Part shown: piece by piece, positions 57,542 to 64,000 of the stretch
How positions within the stretch are numbered: position 1 is the stretch's first letter
Layout of the letters: each line of letters starts with the position of its first letter
Assembly: GCA_030390025.1 (NCBI GenBank)
Contig: JASTWF010000338.1
Coordinates: forward strand, 186,001-250,000
DNA from: Squalus acanthias
Taxonomy: Eukaryota
Direction of reading: 5' to 3'
Length of the DNA stretch: 64,000 nt
Translations under genes and position numbers: made by a program
The notes under the pieces: model-generated
Database searches by the model: none
Told to the model about the DNA's origin: nothing
The model's input: only the letters and a program-made list of their open reading frames with translations

Positions 57542-58431
57542 GGGGGAAAAATTCAGTTGGTTGCGCCTTCCGTTAGCGCCTTAAGAGGGCACTAATGGGG
57601 CGCAAATCATCTAGCGCCCAGGCGCGGCGATGTTTGCGCCGCTCACGAAATTAACTAGACATTTTGCGGTGGCGCTAAACACTACCACCACGATCTCCTG
57701 CGCCGGCAGATCGTGACGTCAGTCGAGTGCGCAACGCCCCGGTATCGCCCCGGAGCGGATATTGAGTGGCGCCCCCTGCCTTACCGCCTGACGCTAGCAA
57801 CGACAGGTTGAGGGGAGCGTTTTGCAGTCATGAAGGGACTGGGGGAGCGCTATTTAAAGGCGACCGCTTCCTGCCTTTTATTGTTGGTGCCATTTTTGAA
57901 CCACGCATTCTGAGAGAGGGAGAGAGACTTCTGGAGAGATTCAACGCTGTGTGAAGGAGTTTTGGGTACTCAGCAGCACTTTGCAGGTTCATTTTGATTT
58001 TCCATTCCTTGTATCGATTTAGAAGAGACTGTGGGGGCTGCACTCTGAGCTCTTTCCCTGGTACTCTCCATTGTTCTTTCCAGCAGATTTGATGTGCAGG
58101 TCTCTCCAGGCCGAGATTCAAGGCTGCAATGAGCAGGATGTGGATGGAAAGCAAGATCAAACATCCCCTTTAAGAACTGGCCCGTGCCATTGTGTGTGTG
58201 TTCCATTGCTGACTGACATCACATGAGCTTCGCCAGCGCTCTGAGGTAGCTCCTCGCTCCTCGGCATTTGCGCCTTAAGACAGGTGTGAAGCGTCTGATT
58301 TAGCACTCCAATCACTCCAGGGGCGATAAAAGTCAAGTTTGCAGTCGGTGGCGATAATTAGTGACAGGCGCGAATCTTTGCGCCCGGCTGATAATTGCGC
58401 CCCAAATGGGGCGATACTGAATTTCTCCCCC
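57542..58431. mobile_element. PIF/Harbinger-like MITE
   Basis: TIR GGGGGAAAAATTCAGT / ACTGAATTTCTCCCCC, 3-bp TSD TAG, GC-rich subterminal inverted segments. Confidence 0.75.
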
Positions 58432-58899
58432 TAGATCTTTAATAAAAGCCTTAACTCCTAAAACCCTTTGGGTAATCTGTGTGTGCCCTGTGATCCTAAT
58501 CTTACACTTTACAACTTTCTATGTTGAACTAATGAGAGATGAAGAAAAACACTGTTACAATTCGTGAAGTGACCTCATCTGGACCTGTTCCTCTGGATAT
58601 ACCAAATACCTGAATTTTACTAATTGTACATTGTATAACATGAGACACAAAACGTTCCTGCAATTCTCTCTGACTCTTTATTCTTGTCAGTCCTGGAAAT
58701 TTACCAGCCATAAGCACAGACTCGACAACAACAGGGGCCCCACATGAATTAGATTTGGTCACCCTGCAGGATTCATTTGGCCTTCACCGAGGAGTCAAGG
58801 AATGGTCCTCTAACGGGACAGCGTCACCTCCACCCATCGACTGGTTGGAGCAAACAGAGGTGATGGGGACAGAGCAGCCTCTGCTGTCTCACCGAGTAC

Positions 58900-59420
58900 T
58901 GGGGGAGTCTGTACCAATAGTGTGTGTCCCACCACAGCTGGCGGAGGATTTCTTTCACATTCCCATCCGACAGGGGGACACTATTCAGCTGAGGTTACGT
59001 CTCAAAATGTGTGTAAGGTTGTTTGGTGGCCCGGTATAAAAGATGAAATTACGAAATGCTGTCAATGATGTTTAGTTAGTTTACAACAGAACCTTTCCCT
59101 GCTCACTAATTGTGCTTTTCTCTGGTCTGCTCCACCCCCAGAGGGGCCGTGGACACATCTTCAAATCGGTTTTATTGGACCACTGCAAAGGTCCAGCGCA
59201 GGGCATCAATACTGCCTGGTGATTATCAACAAATTCACCAAGTGGATTGAGACCTTCCCTTGTAAAACTAACTCGGCAATTACTGCAGCGCGCTCGCTAC
59301 TGAGTGAGGTGATCAGCAGGTGGGGATTGCCCACACAGGTAGATAGTGACCAAGTTACACACTTCACGGGACAAGATTTCATGGAATTGCAAAAATCGAT
59401 TTCCACCTCAATATTTATGA
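58900..59420 (+). pseudogene. Decayed integrase fragment related to the intact lokiretrovirus-like pol
   Basis: EGPWTHLQIGFIGPL..QYCLVIINKFTKWIETFPCK..EVISRWGLP..DSDQVTHFTGQ versus EGPWQSIQIDYIGPL..KYCLVLVDVFSKWVEAFPCR..EVFSRWGLP..ESDQGSHFTGQ. Confidence 0.8.
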
Positions 59421-59464
59421 GCATCAACCACTTGGGAACATTTATCGAAAACTTTGACTTGCCT

Positions 59465-60310
59465 GAGCACATTCATATATTATAACACATTGGTATGCTT
59501 CCCAGTACATAATCCTAGAATAGATTCATATACATTGCAGAATGCATTCTTATAGTTACCAGAACACTTTCATGTTCTTCCCAGAATGGATTCATACACT
59601 TCGCAGAGTGCATTCCTGTACTAACCAGAGACTTGAGCACAAGAAACTACTAGGCTGACACACCAGTGTAGTACTGAGGGAGTGCTGCACTGTTGGAGGT
59701 GCTGTCTTTTGGGTTAGGCATTAAACCGAGGCCCCATCTGCCCACACAGTTGGATGTGAAAGATCACATGGCACTAATTTGAAGAAGAGCAGGGCAGTTC
59801 TCTCCGGTGTCCTGGCCAATATTTATCCCTCAATCAACATCGCTAAAAACAGAATTATGGTCATTATCACATTGCTGTTTGTGGGAGCTTGCTGTGTGCA
59901 AATTGGCTGCCGCGTTTCCTACATTACAATAGTGATTAATCTTCAAAAGAACTTCATTGGTTGAAAAGCACTTTGGGACGTCCTGAGGTAATTTAAGGCG
60001 CTATATAAATGTCTTACTTTCTTTCTGTCAAAACACATGCATATACTTCCCAGATTGCAGTCAGATACTTCCCAGAACACATTTGCGATCCCATAACACA
60101 TTCATGTATTTCCCAAAACACATTCATACAGAACATCCCAGAAAAAATGATATACTTCCCAGATCACGTTCATGTACTTCACAGACCACATTCCTATACT
60201 TCCCATTTATATACTTCCCAGTATACATTCCTAGAACAGATTCATATACTTCCCTATACACATTAATGTATTTCCCAGAGCACTTTCATGTACCCAGAAC
60301 CCATTCATCA
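59465..60310. repeat. Degenerate ~23-bp minisatellite (CACATTCATATACTTCCCAGAA-like), split by a SINE
   Basis: Recurrent CATTCAT..ACTTCCCAG on both sides of 59628-60025. Confidence 0.7.
59628..60025 (+). mobile_element. Deu-domain SINE copy
   Basis: Colinear with 7165-7540. Confidence 0.75.
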
Positions 60311-60311
60311 T

Positions 60312-61030
60312 ACTTAGAATGTGGAACTCACTAACACAAGGAGCAGTTGTGGAGAATAACATAGATGAATTTCAGGGGATGCGACATAAACACATGAGGG
60401 AGAAAGGAGTAGAAGGTTATGCTGATAGGGTTGGATGAAGAGGGGTGGGAGGAGGCTCGTGTGGAGGATAAACACTGACATAGACCTGTTGGGCCAAATG
60501 GCCTGTTTCTGTGCTGTACATGTTGTGTGATTCTATGTAATGTAATAGAAACCTTTATAAATCACCAGATTCAGCCTCAGCTGCAGTATTGTCTCAAATT
60601 CTGGGCCCCACACTTTAGGAAGGATGTCACAGCCTTGGAAAGGGTGCAGAGGAGATTTACTAGAATGGTACCAGGAATGAGGGACTTCAGTTAGGTGGCG
60701 AGATTAGAGAAGCTGGAGTTGTTCATCTTAGAGCAGAGAAAGCTAAGGGGAGATTTAATGGAGGCCTTCAAAATCATGAAGGGTTTTGATAGAGGAAATC
60801 AGGAGCAACTGTTTCCACTGGCAGAAGGGTCGATAACCAGAGGACACAAACTTAAGGAAATTGGCAAAAGAGTCAGAGGTTAGATGAGGAGAATTTTTTT
60901 TATGCAGCGAGTTATTATGACCTGGAATGCACAGCCTGCAAGGATGGTGGAAGCAGATTCAATTGTAACTTTCAAAAAGAATTGGTTAAATACTTGAAGG
61001 GGAGAAAATTGCAAGGCTATGTGGAAAAGT
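60312..61030 (+). mobile_element. Degraded CR1 3' fragments
   Basis: RLEKLELFILEQRKLRGDL..TRGHKL and CR1 tails. Confidence 0.75.
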
Positions 61031-62009
61031 TCAGAACTCAAATGTCAGAGCATTGGAATCACCATGGAACTCCATGGAACCATTGAGGTTTACAGCACAG
61101 AAGGAAGTCATTTGGACCTTGTGTCTGTGTCAGCTCTGGGCGAGATATGATTGAATCATAGAATCAGAGAAAGATTGGGAGTCCACCAGCAATAGAACAG
61201 AATTGCCCATGGAAAACCAAAAAACTTACTTGAGAGATGGAAGAAAGAAAGAGAGCGACCTCATTTAAAGGCAGCCTCATTTAAGGAGAAGAGTCTGAAC
61301 TGGACGTGGCAGAAACAAGTGAGAGGAAGAGAAGAGCAGCTCATTTCAAGGGTGTCTGACAGGGTGGGTGAAGATGTCGCTGGTAGGGCCGAGGTAGAAG
61401 ACCACTTGTATCTTTCTTAATCCTCCCCATAGCAGCAACTTATTTGGTTTATCTAGAGAAACAGAATATGAAGAGATTGGCCCGTATTTTCCGATCCCTA
61501 CGGGTGTGTACGAGCTGTGTATACACCCGTAGCGACCTCGCAAGTGCCGGTTTCAGGCATGTGAAGTGCATGGACTGAAAACTGGCACTCCCGATCGGTC
61601 AAGAATCCTCTTGACAGATCGCACGCCTGCCCTGGAGAAGGGCCTCTGCGGGTGGAGAGTTCCGCTTTCTGTAGAACCTCCGCCCGCTGAAATCACTTAA
61701 AAAATCTTACACCTGGTAAAAAAAAAATTTCACTCATTTATAATTTTAAAATACTTTTAGAAAAGGTAAGTTTAATTTTAGCCCCGTAAAAAATTGTTTT
61801 TTTGTTTAAAATATTTAATTTAATGTAATTTTAACTAATTTTAAAAATGTGATTTAAAAAAAAATGTATTTAATGTTTCAATGTGTTTTTTGAGTGATCC
61901 CCATTCATACTTTTGACAGGTCTAAGCTGAGAGACCTGTCAAAGTGTGAAGGGGGATTCCCTTCTTTCATTAGTTCCCCATGGCCCACGTGATCCCAGGG
62001 ATGCTGGCG

Positions 62010-62696
62010 AACACCTCTCCACCGTCGTCCAGCTGGGTGGGACTGCACTTGCCTGGTTCCATTCTTATCTATCTAATAATCGTAGCCAGAGAATCACCTG
62101 CAATGGCTTCGCTTCCCACTCCTGCATTGTTACCTCTGGTGTTCCCCAAGGATCTATCCTTGGCCCCCTCCAATATCTCATCTACATGCTGTCCCTCGGT
62201 GACATCATCTGAAATCACAGCGTCAGTTTCCACATGTACGCTGATGACACCCAGCTCTACCTCACCACCACTCCTCTCGACCCCTCCACTGTCTGTAAGT
62301 TGTCAGTCTGCTTGTCCGAAATCCAATACTGGATGAGCAGAAATTTCCTCGAACTAAATATTGGGAAGACCAAAGCCATTGCCTTCGGCCTCCACCACAA
62401 ACTCTGCTCCCTAGCCATCAACTCCATCCAAATCTCTAGCCTCTGTCTAATACTGAACCATACTGTTCGCAACCTTGGTGTCATATTTGACCCTGAAATG
62501 AGCTTCTGACTACATATCCACACCATCACTAAGACCAACTATTTCCACCTCCGTAACATTGCCTGACTCACTCCTGCCTCAGCTCATCTCTGCTGAAACC
62601 CTCATCCATGCTTTTGTTACCTCTAGAGTTGACTATTCCAATGCACTCCTGGCTGGTCTCCCCCGTTCTACCCTACATAAACTGGAGGGCATCCAA
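62010..62696 (+). mobile_element. L2-like RT fragment
   Basis: GVPQGSILGP, YADDTQLY, LNIGKTK, VRNLGVIFD. Confidence 0.85.
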
Positions 62697-63555
62697 AACA
62701 TAAGAACATAAGAAATAGGTGCAGCAGTAGGCCATTTGGCCCTTCGAGCCTGCTCCGCCATTCAATAAGATCATGGCATATCTTCTACCTCATCTTCACT
62801 TTCCTGAACTATCCCCATATCCTTTGATTCCCTTAATATTCAAAAATCTATCGATCTCTGTCTTGAATATACTCAACGACTGAGCCTCTACAGCCCTCTG
62901 GGGTAGAGAATTCCAAAGATTCACCACCCTTTGAGTGAAGAAATTTCTCCTCATCTCAGTCCTAAATGGCCGACCCCTTATTCTGAGACTGTGACCCCTG
63001 GTTTTAGACTCCCCAGCCAGGGGAAACATCCTCCCTGCATCGACCCTGTCAAACCCTGTAAGAATTTTATATGTTTCAATTAGATCACCTCTCATTCTTC
63101 TAAACTCTAGAGAATATAGGCCTAGTCTACTCAATCTCTCCTCAATCCCCCAACCCAGGAACCGGTCTGGTGAACCTTCGTTGCACTCCCTCTGTGACAA
63201 GTATATCCTTCCTTAGGTAAGGAGACCAAAACTGTACACAATACTCCAGGTGTGGTCTCACCAGGGCCCTATATAATTGCAGTAAGATGTCTTTGCTCTT
63301 GTACTCAAATCCTCTTGTAATAAAGGCCAACATACCATTTGCTCTCCTAAATGATTGCTGTACCTGCATGTTAACTTTCAGTGATTCGTGTATAAGGACA
63401 CCCAGGTCCCTCTGAACACCGACATTTCCCAATCACTCACCATTTAAAAAATACTCTGCTTTTCTATTTTTCCTGCCAAAGTGGATAACTTCACATTTCT
63501 CCACATTATATTCCATTTGCCATGTTCTTGCCCACTCACTTATCCTGTCTATACC
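62697..63555 (-). mobile_element. CR1 3' fragment
   Basis: RPHLEYCVQFWSP, FFTQRVVNLWNSLP, AACATAAGAACATAAG tail. Confidence 0.88.
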
Positions 63556-64000
63556 CTCCTTTAAAATGCTCCTCAAAACCGATCTGTTTGACCAAGATTT
63601 GAATCAACTGCCCGAATTTCTCCTTCTGTGGCTCGGCATCAAATGTTGTTTTATAACATCCTGTGAAGCACCTTGGGACGTTTCACTGTGTTAAAGGTGC
63701 TACATCAATACAAGTTGTTGTTGTTGCCCCCTGATTGGCCGCTCACTCAACCTGTCTATACTTTCCCACCTAGCTTTGTATCTTCAGCAAACCTGGATAC
63801 CTTGCACTCCATCCCTTCAATTGTTTCTTATAGTCTTTGTTCTTCTGATATAACATCCCCCATCTGCCTATTTATTCCTTTAAACAGTCCCTTTAATTGC
63901 TTGAACATTGTTTATCATGTTCCCACATTCTCTTTATGTCAATTCACCTGGTTTTCACCCCGAATTGCTCTTAGTAAAATCGTGTACCATTTCTCTTAGC

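Overview
Eukaryotic, vertebrate-type DNA that is almost entirely transposon-derived; I see no host exon I can support. The host is probably a cartilaginous fish, inferred from the Deu-domain SINEs and the CR1/L2/Penelope mix. The main feature is a 12.76-kb, apparently intact and very young provirus on the + strand (25931-38689). It has two 1664-bp LTRs that look identical and a 4-bp TSD. Gag is coiled-coil rich and joined in frame to pol by a UGA-CUAG readthrough signal. Pol carries a tether plus RNase H and a ~280-aa acidic C-terminal extension. The 783-aa Env has a paramyxovirus-F-like fusion module preceded by an immunoglobulin-like domain. This architecture fits the lokiretrovirus lineage. 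Decayed relatives of it (pro-RT, gag, integrase, LTR+PBS) are scattered through the window. A second, class I (epsilon/gamma-like) ERV of 9.34 kb lies on the - strand (45560-54899), with a Gln PBS, ~1% LTR divergence and three in-frame TGA lesions; it sits in a Penelope fragment inside a CR1 LINE. The rest is CR1 and L2 LINE fragments, Penelope-like elements with hammerhead ribozyme cores, SINEs, MITEs and minisatellites. All family assignments come from motif recognition by eye, not database searches.
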